A DNA stretch of 64,000 bases, from contig JBMFMB010000002.1 in the NCBI GenBank assembly GCA_049970895.1, positions 1 to 64,000 of the forward strand. The letters run 5' to 3'. Shown here piece after piece: positions 1 to 9,427 of this stretch. The notes under the pieces are model-generated. The model was not told the DNA's origin and did not search any database. It was given only the letters and a program-made list of their open reading frames with translations. Within the stretch, counting starts at the first letter, position 1, and each line of letters begins with the position of its first letter. Made by a program: the position numbers and the translations under genes. This DNA is from Candidatus Bathyarchaeia archaeon (GTDB lineage Archaea; Thermoproteota; Bathyarchaeia; Bathyarchaeales; Bathycorpusculaceae).

Positions 1-131
1 CCTTGAGGCTTTTTAGCATAGTAGGCTATTGTGAAGGCGTACGAAATTATTCCGCCTATTATCGCGGAAATTACTATAAGAATTATAACTGCGAGGGTTG
101 AAATGGCTTTTATGTCGGTTCGCAAGCTCAT
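1..131 (-). CDS. 5' part of a membrane-anchored/secreted protein with a class III (pilin-like) signal-peptide-like N-terminus; runs off the window
   Basis: Manual translation from ATG at 131: MSLRTDIKA-ISTLAVIILIVISAIIGGIISYAFTIAYYAKKPQ..., a K-A-I-S motif followed by a long hydrophobic helix. Confidence 0.65.
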   Translation of the reverse strand, partial: MSLRTDIKAISTLAVIILIVISAIIGGIISYAFTIAYYAKKPQ

Positions 132-267
132 AACTTTCACATTCCAAGCGTTTCTAAACTCATATTCCTTTGAAATAGATAAACATTCCTTTTAAACAGT
201 TTTTGGGGCAAATTTCTAATACATGTTTTTGATGTTTCTTTAAACTCTGCACTTTGAGGGGAGAGTT

Positions 268-1554
268 GTGGTCGAATATGATGCAGTAATTGTTGGGGCT
301 GGTGTTATTGGCTTATCAACCGCTTATCACATTAAGAGGCAGAATCCGCATTCAAAAATTTTGGTTGTTGACAAGTTTAACGCAGCAGGGCAGGGAAGCA
401 CCGCAAAAAGTATGTCTGCCTTCCGCTGCCTGTTTTCCTCCCCCATAAATTATGTTCTTTCGGATTCTTCCGTCGATTTTTATAGTCATGTTCAAACAGA
501 GCTTGGCGTTGACTTAAAGTTGCTTTTCGTGGGATATTTGTGGCTTTTAAGCGAGGACGATTTTATGGAGATGGCTTCGATTTTAAAAGAGTTGGCAGCT
601 AAAAATCTAAGGTATCAGGAGTATGAAGCTGAGGATCTTGCTAAGCGTCTTGGCTTAACTATATATTTACAAAGTGATGAGGAAGCTGAGCTTATGGGAT
701 TAAAAGATGTTTATAAGGGAATTTTTATTCCTAAAGCCGGAATTGTTGATGCTGACTGCGTTGTTAAGTTTTATGAGGAGGAGTTTATGCGGCTTGGTGG
801 GGAAATTCGCTATGGTGTTAAAGTTGAGGATTTAATTGTTGAGGCATGCCAGCCTCTCGGGATAACTGGAGAACCCTTTTTCTGGCAGGAGTCGAGAGTT
901 TCAGGTGTAAAAACGAATTGTGGAATAATTAAGGCGAAGAAGACGATTTTGGCGGCTGGCGCCTGGATCCCCCAACTTTTAGACAACGTGGGAATTGAGT
1001 GTTTTATAAAACCTAAGAAGAGGCAGGTTTTTGCAATAGAAGCAAAAAATCCACTTTTAAGGCAGTTGCTTTTCGCTCAAGGTTTCAATTCTGTTGGCTG
1101 TATTCCCTTCACTATTTTGCCAAAACCGAGAGTATTAATAAGACCTTTTCCATCCGAGGGGGTTTTTTGGCTGAGTTATGCTGATGATTTCCCGAGGGCT
1201 TTTAGGCTTGAGGAAGACCCACAACCTGAGAAAAACTTCTACCAGTACGGGATATATCAGGTTCTTGTGAAGTATTTTCCCCAGTTTAGGAATTGTCGTC
1301 CATATTCTGCGTTTGCTGGACTTTATGAGATTAACACTTTGGATGGGCATCCGGTGATTTTTGGAGAGAGGGATTTGATTGTTGTTGGCGGCGCCAGTGG
1401 TAGCGGTATTATGAAAGCGGACGCCATTGGCAGAATAGCTGCAGCCCTTTACAATGGTGAGGAGTATGCACTTCTTTATGGTGGCAGAAAATTCAAGGTT
1501 AGCGATTTAAGCATAAAAGGGAGGCGTGTTGAACCGGAGAAACTTCAAATTTAG
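268..1554 (+). CDS. FAD-dependent oxidoreductase, DAO / sarcosine oxidase beta / dye-linked amino-acid dehydrogenase family
   Basis: N-terminal VIVGAGVIG dinucleotide motif, GSTAKS, ILAAGAW, C-terminal GASGSGIMKA. Confidence 0.85.
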   Translation: MVEYDAVIVGAGVIGLSTAYHIKRQNPHSKILVVDKFNAAGQGSTAKSMSAFRCLFSSPINYVLSDSSVDFYSHVQTELGVDLKLLFVGYLWLLSEDDFMEMASILKELAAKNLRYQEYEAEDLAKRLGLTIYLQSDEEAELMGLKDVYKGIFIPKAGIVDADCVVKFYEEEFMRLGGEIRYGVKVEDLIVEACQPLGITGEPFFWQESRVSGVKTNCGIIKAKKTILAAGAWIPQLLDNVGIECFIKPKKRQVFAIEAKNPLLRQLLFAQGFNSVGCIPFTILPKPRVLIRPFPSEGVFWLSYADDFPRAFRLEEDPQPEKNFYQYGIYQVLVKYFPQFRNCRPYSAFAGLYEINTLDGHPVIFGERDLIVVGGASGSGIMKADAIGRIAAALYNGEEYALLYGGRKFKVSDLSIKGRRVEPEKLQI

Positions 1555-1625
1555 GCTATTTTGAACAGTGAATTTTATTAACGTTAAAATGTGATATATG
1601 CTGTCTGCATTGAAGATGATGCGTC

Positions 1626-3452
1626 ATGTATGGTTGGAATGGTAAATTCTTAAGAGTGAACTTATCTAAGCAGAAGGCTGTTGTTAAGGAATACGACGCT
1701 GCGATGGCGAGGAATTTTCTAGGTGGAAGAGGTTTTGCAGCTAAAATCTTGTGGGATGAGCTTAAACCCGGCGTAGATTCTCTTTCGCCAGAGAATAGAC
1801 TGATATTTGCAGCCGGTCCTTTAACTGGTTTTGCCTTGCCAAGCAGCGGTAAAATGGTTGTTGCAGCCAAAAGCCCGCTAACAGGCGGCTATGGTGATGG
1901 AAATATTGGGACTTATGCTGCAGTTCAAATGCGTAAGGCTGGCTATGACGCAATAATAGTTGAGGGGAAAGCTGAGGCACCAACCGTTCTGCTGGTTGAG
2001 GATAGCACAGTGAAATTTTTGGACGCTAAAGAACTTTGGGGTTTAAACGCTTTCGAAACTGAGGATAGATTGCGGGGCGTTTATGGAGCAACCGCCGGAA
2101 TCCTTGTGATTGGGCAAGGCGGAGAGAACCTTGTGCGCTTCGCTAACATAGTCTCTCAGAAGGGAAGAGGTGGCGGAAGACCTGGTATGGGTGCTGTTAT
2201 GGGTTCCAAAAACTTGAAGGCTGTTGTCATTGTTGGCAGCGGTGAATTGTCAGCTGCTCATCCAAAGGATTTGAAGGAGCTTGGCGCAGAAGCCTACAGA
2301 GAGGTTTTGACAAAGCCGAATTATGCCTTTTGGAAACGTCAAGGCACTATGATGACCATTGAGTGGAGCCAAGAAAATGGCGTTCTACCCACATATAACT
2401 TCAGTGAAGGGGTTTTTGAGGATGCTGAAGCCATCGGCGGTTTTTCCATGGAGAAGATTAAGTCTTCCCAAAGGGGTTGTCCAAACTGTAACATGACTTG
2501 TGGCAACGCCGTTGAGGATGCCGACCGCAAGGAGTCTGAACTTGATTATGAAAATGTCGCCATGTTAGGCTCAAACATCGGCATTGGCAATTTAGAGAAG
2601 GTTGCGGCTCTCAATAGAATGGCGGACGAATTTGGCTTGGACACGATTTCACTTGGCAATGTTATTGGCTTTGCAATGGAGGCTTCTGAAAAGGGACTGA
2701 TTAGTGAAAAAATTCCATGGGGCGACTATAAGACTGCTAGGGCTTTAATCGAGGACATTGCATATAAACGTGGTCTCGGCGCAATACTTGCGGAGGGCGT
2801 GCGTTTTGCAGCTGAAAAAATTGGAGGGGGTTCGAGCCGTTGGGCTATGCACGTTAAAGGCTTAGAGATTTCAGCATATGATTGTCACGCTGCACCAGCT
2901 ATGGCTCTTTCCTATGCCACAAGCCCTATCGGGGCTCATCACAAGGATGCTTGGGTTATAGCTTGGGAGGTCAAAGTTGGAAGAGAGCGGTATAGCGAGG
3001 AGAAAGTTGACAAAGTTATTGAATTTCAGCGCATTCGGGGAGGCTTTTTTGAATGCGCCACTGTTTGTAGGCTTCCATGGATTGAACTTGGCTTTGAGCT
3101 TGAATGGTACCCAAAGTTTCTGTATGCAGCTACTGGTCTTGAGATAGGGTGGGATGAACTAAACCTCATAGCCGACAGAGTTTACACGCTAATCCGAGCG
3201 TTTTGGGTGCGTGAGTACGGCAAGAATTGGAGTCGGGAAATGGACTTTCCACCAGCAAGATGGTTTGAGGAGCCGCTTACAAAAGGAAATTTGAAGGGCA
3301 CGAAACTTGACAGGGCGAAATATGAGGTTATGCTTAACATGTACTATCGAAAAAGAGGTTGGGATGAGCAGGGAATTCCAACAAAAACAACGTTTGAAAA
3401 GCTGGGTTTAAGAGATGTTGCAAAACAGCTTCAGAAACACGTTAAACTGTGA
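1626..3452 (+). CDS. aor: Tungsten-dependent aldehyde:ferredoxin oxidoreductase family protein
   Basis: MYGWNGKFLRVNLS start, FLGGRG, AKSPLTG, GRPGMGAVMGSKNLKA, CPNCNMTC Fe-S motif, DEFGLDTIS, YYRKRGWD. Confidence 0.93.
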   Translation: MYGWNGKFLRVNLSKQKAVVKEYDAAMARNFLGGRGFAAKILWDELKPGVDSLSPENRLIFAAGPLTGFALPSSGKMVVAAKSPLTGGYGDGNIGTYAAVQMRKAGYDAIIVEGKAEAPTVLLVEDSTVKFLDAKELWGLNAFETEDRLRGVYGATAGILVIGQGGENLVRFANIVSQKGRGGGRPGMGAVMGSKNLKAVVIVGSGELSAAHPKDLKELGAEAYREVLTKPNYAFWKRQGTMMTIEWSQENGVLPTYNFSEGVFEDAEAIGGFSMEKIKSSQRGCPNCNMTCGNAVEDADRKESELDYENVAMLGSNIGIGNLEKVAALNRMADEFGLDTISLGNVIGFAMEASEKGLISEKIPWGDYKTARALIEDIAYKRGLGAILAEGVRFAAEKIGGGSSRWAMHVKGLEISAYDCHAAPAMALSYATSPIGAHHKDAWVIAWEVKVGRERYSEEKVDKVIEFQRIRGGFFECATVCRLPWIELGFELEWYPKFLYAATGLEIGWDELNLIADRVYTLIRAFWVREYGKNWSREMDFPPARWFEEPLTKGNLKGTKLDRAKYEVMLNMYYRKRGWDEQGIPTKTTFEKLGLRDVAKQLQKHVKL

Positions 3453-3476
3453 AAGTGAGAAAGCAGATGGCAGCGC

Positions 3477-4919
3477 CTAATATGATTTCGCAAAGTAAAC
3501 AACTTCCTTTGCTTCCTTACCACAGTAAACGCAGTTGGAGAATGGCTCCTCCCTTTGGAAGGGAATAAGCCTAATAGTAGCGCTTGTTTCCTCCTTTATT
3601 CTTTCCTCACATTCTCGGCCGCCACACCATGCAGCCTTTATGAATCCGCCCTTCTCTTTCAAGACCTGTTTGAATTCGTTATATGTCTTTACCGAGGTTA
3701 TCATCTCCTCCAAGAATTTTTTGGCTTTGTTGAATAGGTTGTTTTGAATTGCTTCAAGGAGCTGCTGCACAGTCTCGATTACTTCTCCTTCTTTTACAAT
3801 GCACCTTTCAAATGTGTCTCTTCTCGCGATTGTCACTTGTCCCTCTCTAACGTCTCTTGGCCCTATCTCGATTCGTAATGGCACGCCTTTCAGTTCCCAG
3901 TCGTTAAATTTCCATCCCGGAGTATACTCTTTTCTATCGTCTAAGACCGTGGAAATTCCAGCTTTCTGCAGTTTCTTATAGATTTCTCTTGCTTTGGCGT
4001 GTATTGTGCTTGTGTCGGCCTCTTTATAGGGTATGGGAATTATCACCACTTGTATTGGGGCTATTTTTGGCGGTAGTACAAGTCCCTTGTCGTCGCCGTG
4101 GACCATTACTAGGGCGCCAATAACGCGTGTTGATATGCCCCAAGAAGTTTGCCAAACGTAATGCTCCTTTTCATCCTCGCCTATGAATTTTATTCCGAAA
4201 ACTTTTGAGAAATTCTGCCCAAGATTATGCGATGTGCCCATTTGAAGGGCTCTGCCATCGGGCATTATAGCCTCTAATGTTGTTGTGTAGAGGGCTCCGG
4301 CGAACTTTTCACTTTCAGTTTTCCTACCAACAAGCACAGGAATCGCCAAATAATTCTCCATCAAGTCACGGTACTCGTTTAGGATTTCCATAACCTCTTG
4401 ATCAGCTTCCTCTTTTGTTGCGTGAGCCGTGTGGCCCTCCTGCCATAGAAATTCCCTTGTTCTGAGGAAAAGTTTGGTTGCCTTTGTCTCCCACCTAACA
4501 ACGCTACACCACTGGTTAAGTTTAATAGGCAAATCTCTCCAACTTCTGATCCATTTGGCGTATGTTGCATAAATTATGGTTTCAGATGTCGGCCTTATGG
4601 CAAGTCTCTCTTCTAATGGTGTGTCGCCGCCGATGGTAACCCATGCAACCTCTGGCACAAAACCCGCAAAGTGTTCCGCCTCCTTCCTAAGGAAGCTTTC
4701 AGGAATGAACAAGGGGAAATACACATTTTTATGTCCAGTCTTCTTTATCTTCGCGTTGAAGATTTCTTGGATTTTCTCCCATATGGCATAAGAGAGTTCT
4801 CTGAAGATCATGCACCCTTTTATTGGCGCGTAGTCTGCAAGACCGGACTTCAGCACAACCTGCGTGTACCATTCTGAGAAGTCTTCAGACTTTTTGACTG
4901 TTATTCCTAAATCTGACAT
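3477..4919 (-). CDS. proS: Prolyl-tRNA synthetase, archaeal/eukaryotic type
   Basis: FSEWY, IRPTSET, FLRTREFLWQEGHT, QTSWGISTR, PGWKFNDWELKGVP, C-terminal FAKSY. Confidence 0.98.
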   Translation of the reverse strand: MSDLGITVKKSEDFSEWYTQVVLKSGLADYAPIKGCMIFRELSYAIWEKIQEIFNAKIKKTGHKNVYFPLFIPESFLRKEAEHFAGFVPEVAWVTIGGDTPLEERLAIRPTSETIIYATYAKWIRSWRDLPIKLNQWCSVVRWETKATKLFLRTREFLWQEGHTAHATKEEADQEVMEILNEYRDLMENYLAIPVLVGRKTESEKFAGALYTTTLEAIMPDGRALQMGTSHNLGQNFSKVFGIKFIGEDEKEHYVWQTSWGISTRVIGALVMVHGDDKGLVLPPKIAPIQVVIIPIPYKEADTSTIHAKAREIYKKLQKAGISTVLDDRKEYTPGWKFNDWELKGVPLRIEIGPRDVREGQVTIARRDTFERCIVKEGEVIETVQQLLEAIQNNLFNKAKKFLEEMITSVKTYNEFKQVLKEKGGFIKAAWCGGRECEERIKEETSATIRLIPFQREEPFSNCVYCGKEAKEVVYFAKSY

Positions 4920-5066
4920 TTCATCCTCTCCTCTGCTTTTGGTTCTTTGTCGAATATAATTCTAATGTATGGTTGGTTTTGATGCTGGGCGCTTTCAAGA
5001 GAAGTTTACCAAAGTGGAACTAGATCGCCCATTTTCAACCACTTGCATTCTAAAATGCGGTTCAAA

Positions 5067-5080
5067 TTATTTAAAGTTTC
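5067..5080 (-). promoter_or_regulatory. Putative BRE-TATA promoter for proS
   Basis: Minus strand reads GAAAC-TTTAAATA; the expected start near 5043 would leave a leader of about 125 nt. Confidence 0.45.
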
Positions 5081-5164
5081 TTCCGTGGAACAGAAAACTA
5101 ACAATAAGCGTTTTAACCACAGCCAACAACTTAAGGACTAGGACTGCTTGAAGGCTGATTAGGT

Positions 5165-6403
5165 TTGAAGGTTCTCCTAGTAATCGGAGATGGAATGGCT
5201 GACAGACCATTAAAAGAGCTGGGCTGGAAAACCCCATTGGAGGCTGCCCAAAAAACATCAATGAATCACATAGCAAGTTTTGGGGTCTGCGGAATAATGG
5301 ATCCAATCGCTCCTGGCATTCCACCGGGAAGCGACACAGCAACGCTAGCGCTTTTGGGCTATGACGCTTTTGAGGTTTATACTGGTAGGGGTGCCTTTGA
5401 GGCGTTGGGTTCTGGAATAGATGTTATGGAAGGGGATGTCTGTTTTAGGTGCAACTTTGCAACAGTAGATGAGAATTTTGTGGTTTTAGATAGGAGGGCT
5501 GGTAGAATAGCTGATTCTGATGCTTCTAAACTTGCCGAAAGTCTCCAAAAAGCTAGACTTTCAGATTCTTCGGTCGAATTTTTGTTTAAAAATACTGTTC
5601 AGCACCGTGCAGTTCTTGTTTTACGTGGTTCGAAACTTTCGTCAGCTGTTAGCGACTCCGACCCTGAAATTGTTGGGGAGAAAGTTTTGGAGGTCAAGCC
5701 ATTAAACGATAGTTTTGAGGCGAAGCATACCGCCAAAATTCTTAACGAGCTCATGTGGAAATTTCATGAAACTTTGAAGGAGCACCCGGTGAACAAGGAG
5801 AGGGTTGCCCGTGGGCTGCCTCCAGCAAACGCTATTCTTGTTAGAGGGGCTGGCACCTTGCCGAAGATTAAAACTCTCAGCAAAATTTATGGTGTTAACG
5901 CTGTGTGTGTGGCTGCAACTTCGCTGATTCGTGGTGTGTGTAGGGCTGCTGGCATGCAACTTTTAACCGTTAAGGGTGCAACGGGGACTCCGCAGACAGA
6001 TTATATTGCTAAGGCGAAGGCTGCTGTTCAAGCGTTGGAAAAGAATGATTTGGTGCTTTTGCATGTGAAAGCTCCAGATGTTGCCAGCCACGATGGAAAC
6101 ATTAAACAGAAGGTTGAGGTTATCGAGAAAATTGACAAAATGCTCTCCTACATACTTAATAAGGTTGATGTGGGCGAAACTTACGTGGCTTTGACGGCTG
6201 ACCACACAACATCATGTATAACAAAGAATCATGAGGGTGACCCAGTCCCGTTAGCCATAATGGGTCCGTACGTGCGCTGTGATGATGTTGAAGAGTACGG
6301 CGAGAGAACATGCGCCAAAGGAGGTTTGGGAAGATTAAGGGGAAAAGACCTAATGCCAATTCTAATGAATCTTACTGGCAAGGTTAAAAAGTTTGGAGCT
6401 TAA
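5165..6403 (+). CDS. apgM: 2,3-bisphosphoglycerate-independent phosphoglycerate mutase, archaeal type
   Basis: GDGMADRP, KTPLEAA, PGSDTA, RGAFEALG, FRCNFAT, DRRAGRI, PDVASHDG, TADH. Confidence 0.95.
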   Translation: MKVLLVIGDGMADRPLKELGWKTPLEAAQKTSMNHIASFGVCGIMDPIAPGIPPGSDTATLALLGYDAFEVYTGRGAFEALGSGIDVMEGDVCFRCNFATVDENFVVLDRRAGRIADSDASKLAESLQKARLSDSSVEFLFKNTVQHRAVLVLRGSKLSSAVSDSDPEIVGEKVLEVKPLNDSFEAKHTAKILNELMWKFHETLKEHPVNKERVARGLPPANAILVRGAGTLPKIKTLSKIYGVNAVCVAATSLIRGVCRAAGMQLLTVKGATGTPQTDYIAKAKAAVQALEKNDLVLLHVKAPDVASHDGNIKQKVEVIEKIDKMLSYILNKVDVGETYVALTADHTTSCITKNHEGDPVPLAIMGPYVRCDDVEEYGERTCAKGGLGRLRGKDLMPILMNLTGKVKKFGA

Positions 6404-6405
6404 TT

Positions 6406-7527
6406 TCACTGTACTGGCATGAGGCGCCACTCCCTATAATCCGTAACCACCTTAATGTAGCCTCTAAGCATTTTGTCGGTTTCAGCGTCTCCGGTGTCGA
6501 CCCTTAAAATTCCGCCTTCAATGTCGCGGAGCTTACTCTTAGTAGCCGCAACAATTATTCTGCTCTTTCCAACACGTTTTATGATTTCCGGGCTTATCTG
6601 CTGGTTTCCCCTGCCTAAAAGAATGCCTTGCCGTCCTATCGGCGACAAAATTATCCACGTGTTCTGCCAGTCTTCCACGTTTTCCAAAATCTTCTTCTCA
6701 TCAACATCCAAAATGACTTTGCCATTCTTGTATATATCAACGCCCAGCACCGTTTTTTGAACACTAAGCAGTTCGGCTACGCACTTCACGGTTGTTCCGG
6801 GTCCAAGAATGTATGTGGCGTTAGGCTGCATCTCCTCAACTATGGATTTGGCTATTGCCATCTGATTCTCCTTCTCGTCAACTGTTTCTGGGCTAACCTG
6901 TTTGCTTCCTTGAATCCTCATGGGGAGGAATGGTCCTTTCAAAAAGCCGTAAAGCTTAACCGCAAAAGTGTCGCTTCTGATAGCCCTTTCATCAGCATCC
7001 ATAACCTCAAATTCTGTTATTTCCGCCTCCCCTTTAGCATAGGCTAAGACAACTTCAACAGCGTCTGAAGGGTTCACGGCGAATATGCCACTATACATTT
7101 TAACACCGGAAGGAATACCTAAAACCGGCAGTTCAACGCCCCTCTTTTTCATCGCGTCGAGAATGTCCTTCGCCGTGCCATCTCCACCAACAAAAACTAT
7201 CAAATCCACTTTTTCGTCTACCAAAAGCTCAACAGCCTTTTTAGTGTCTTCCGCCGTTGTCTCAGCTCCAATTTTCATGGGCAAAATTTCCACAGCAAAA
7301 CCAGCATCCTTTGCTTCATCTTCACCCATAACGCCCGGACACGTTATTATCTTAATGAATTTTTCATGCATGCTTTCCTTAAGTTCTTGAAGAAACTCCA
7401 CAGCCCTTTTCGGAGAAACCGGCTTTGCTCCCCTCGCAATAGCCTCTTTTAGAACACCGTCGGTTCCTTTAAGCCCAACCCTCCCACCCATGCCAGCAAT
7501 TGGATTAACAATAAAGCCCATCTTCAT
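6406..7527 (-). CDS. ATP-NAD kinase / AcoX-like family protein
   Basis: GFIVNPIAGMGGRVGLKGTDG, FVGGDGTA, GIPSGVKMYSG, GRGNQQIS, VDTGD. Confidence 0.85.
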   Translation of the reverse strand: MKMGFIVNPIAGMGGRVGLKGTDGVLKEAIARGAKPVSPKRAVEFLQELKESMHEKFIKIITCPGVMGEDEAKDAGFAVEILPMKIGAETTAEDTKKAVELLVDEKVDLIVFVGGDGTAKDILDAMKKRGVELPVLGIPSGVKMYSGIFAVNPSDAVEVVLAYAKGEAEITEFEVMDADERAIRSDTFAVKLYGFLKGPFLPMRIQGSKQVSPETVDEKENQMAIAKSIVEEMQPNATYILGPGTTVKCVAELLSVQKTVLGVDIYKNGKVILDVDEKKILENVEDWQNTWIILSPIGRQGILLGRGNQQISPEIIKRVGKSRIIVAATKSKLRDIEGGILRVDTGDAETDKMLRGYIKVVTDYREWRLMPVQ

Positions 7528-7619
7528 AATTATCGATTACAAGGTTTTCTCGGCAGCCTATAAACCATTTTCCGCAAACGACTTTAATAAGTAAGACTGT
7601 GAACATTTAGCTGAGAAGA

Positions 7620-8909
7620 ATGAGGGTTATAGCCGACCTCCACATCCATGGGCGTTATAGCCGCGCCACAAGCCATAAAATGAGCATTGGGGAAATTGCC
7701 CGTTTTGCGAAAATTAAGGGCTTAAACCTTGTCGGCACCGGAGACTTTACCCATCCCAAATGGCTTAAGGAACTTCAAGAAACGTTAGTGGAGGAGCCTG
7801 GAACTGGACTATACCTTGTTGCCGAGAATCCAGACTTTCCCGTTTACTTTATGATAACAACAGAGGTTAGCACAATATTCACTTTTGAAAATGATGTGAA
7901 AAAGATTCACCACGTCATTCTAACGCCAAGCATAGAAACAGCAGTTCAGATAAACGAACGCCTGGCCAAATATGGCGACTTATCGGTTGATGGGCGGCCA
8001 ACCCTTAACATGTCTGCCCCACAACTTGTGGAGGAGGTTATGGAAGTCTCAGCCGATAACATGGTTTTTCCGGCCCATGCTTGGACACCATGGTTTAGCA
8101 TATTTGGAGCTTTCAGCGGCTTCGACTGCGTAGAGGACTGCTACCAAGACATGACAAAACACATTTTCGCCCTAGAAACCGGGCTATCATCAGATCCGCC
8201 TATGAACTGGCGTCTAAGCAAACTTGACAAGTTCACGTTGGTTTCTAACAGCGACAGCCACAGCTTCTGGCCATGGCGAATAGGGAGGGAAGCCAACATT
8301 TTTGAGTTGAAAAGTCCAAATTATTGGGAAATAATTGAAGCTATAAAAAACAAGGACAAGGAAAGATTCAGATTCACGGTTGAAACGGATCCAGCTTATG
8401 GGAAGTATCATTGGACTGGACATAGAAACTGTAACGTTTCACTTTCGCCGAGGGAAGCCATAAAACTGGGCAACATTTGTCCAGTTTGCCGCAAAAAACT
8501 GACCAAAGGCGTTGAGCAAAGGGTTGAGGAACTTGCAGATCGTCCAGCCGGATTTAAGCCAGAAAACGCCATAGGATATTTGCATTTGCTTCCCCTTTCT
8601 GAAATTATTGCAACAGTTTTAAACAGCGATTCCCCATCAACACAGCAGGTTTGGAACATTTACAATAAACTGGTCGAAAAGTTTGGGGATGAATATTCCG
8701 TACTTATCGATGCGCCTAGGGAAGCTTTAGAGACTATTGTAGACGCGAGGGTTGCTGAAGCCATAATAAGGGTTAGGGAAGACCGAATTAAAGTTGTGCC
8801 AGGATATGACGGAGTTTATGGTCGCCCAATAATTTTTGAGGATGAGGCTTTAACTGCAAAGAGCGTTTCGCCAAAAGTCCGACAGTTGAATCTTACCGAC
8901 TTCATGTGA
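7620..8909 (+). CDS. endoQ: Endonuclease Q (PHP domain + Zn finger DNA repair endonuclease)
   Basis: ADLHIHGRYSRATS, GTGDFTHP, PAHAWTPWFS, ETGLSSDP, SNSDSHS, GKYHWTGHRNC, CPVC, PGYDGVYG; C-terminal PIP-box-like QLNLTDFM. Confidence 0.9.
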   Translation: MRVIADLHIHGRYSRATSHKMSIGEIARFAKIKGLNLVGTGDFTHPKWLKELQETLVEEPGTGLYLVAENPDFPVYFMITTEVSTIFTFENDVKKIHHVILTPSIETAVQINERLAKYGDLSVDGRPTLNMSAPQLVEEVMEVSADNMVFPAHAWTPWFSIFGAFSGFDCVEDCYQDMTKHIFALETGLSSDPPMNWRLSKLDKFTLVSNSDSHSFWPWRIGREANIFELKSPNYWEIIEAIKNKDKERFRFTVETDPAYGKYHWTGHRNCNVSLSPREAIKLGNICPVCRKKLTKGVEQRVEELADRPAGFKPENAIGYLHLLPLSEIIATVLNSDSPSTQQVWNIYNKLVEKFGDEYSVLIDAPREALETIVDARVAEAIIRVREDRIKVVPGYDGVYGRPIIFEDEALTAKSVSPKVRQLNLTDFM

Positions 8910-8910
8910 C

Positions 8911-8945
8911 TGTTTTTGTATGTTTTTGTTGTGTTTGTGTGTTGT
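8911..8945 (+). terminator. T-rich terminator-like tract after endoQ
   Basis: tgtttttgtatgtttttgttgtgtttgtgtgttgt directly after the stop codon. Confidence 0.4.
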
Positions 8946-9000
8946 ACATATACACGACAAAGCTTATTAAGTCGTAATACGCACGATACTTTGATTTTCC

Positions 9001-9339
9001 ATGATGTGCACTATAAACCAACAAACTCGCAGAGAAAACGAGAAAATTTCGAGGATAATTGATCGTGTTATGAGGCAGGTTTTTGGGGATGAGGCTACAA
9101 ATCTAATTTATCGGTATTTAGAGAGTAACTATTCTGTTAGGCGGGATGAGATCGCCGATAAAATTGACTTGTTTGCGAAGGGGCTTGAGGATTTCTTAAA
9201 GTCTGGAGCTTATGTTATTGAGCGGAAGATTTTGGAGGACGTCTACTCCAGTTATGGGCTGCTTCGCCGAATTGAATTAGAGAAGTTGCGGGAAAGCGAT
9301 TTTGTGAGTCAAGTGAAGTTTATCACGCGGAAGGCATAA
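9001..9339 (+). CDS. Small helical hypothetical protein (DUF3227 / NitrOD5-like)
   Basis: IIDRVMRQVFGDEATNLIYRYLE..EIADKIDLFAKGLEDFL..GAYVIERKIL pattern recalled from this archaeal family. Confidence 0.6.
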   Translation: MMCTINQQTRRENEKISRIIDRVMRQVFGDEATNLIYRYLESNYSVRRDEIADKIDLFAKGLEDFLKSGAYVIERKILEDVYSSYGLLRRIELEKLRESDFVSQVKFITRKA

Positions 9340-9427
9340 AGTTTTCATCTATTGTTTAGTGGCAATTCTTATAAACGTCGTTTTCTTGATTACATCCCCT
9401 AAAAGGCTTACTTTGGGGAGGGGGACG

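Noticed and set aside
4970-5041. Fluoride riboswitch or SECIS identity for the proS leader hairpin
   Set aside because: Only a GGCGAT fragment matches; the other conserved elements are missing and the gene context does not fit.
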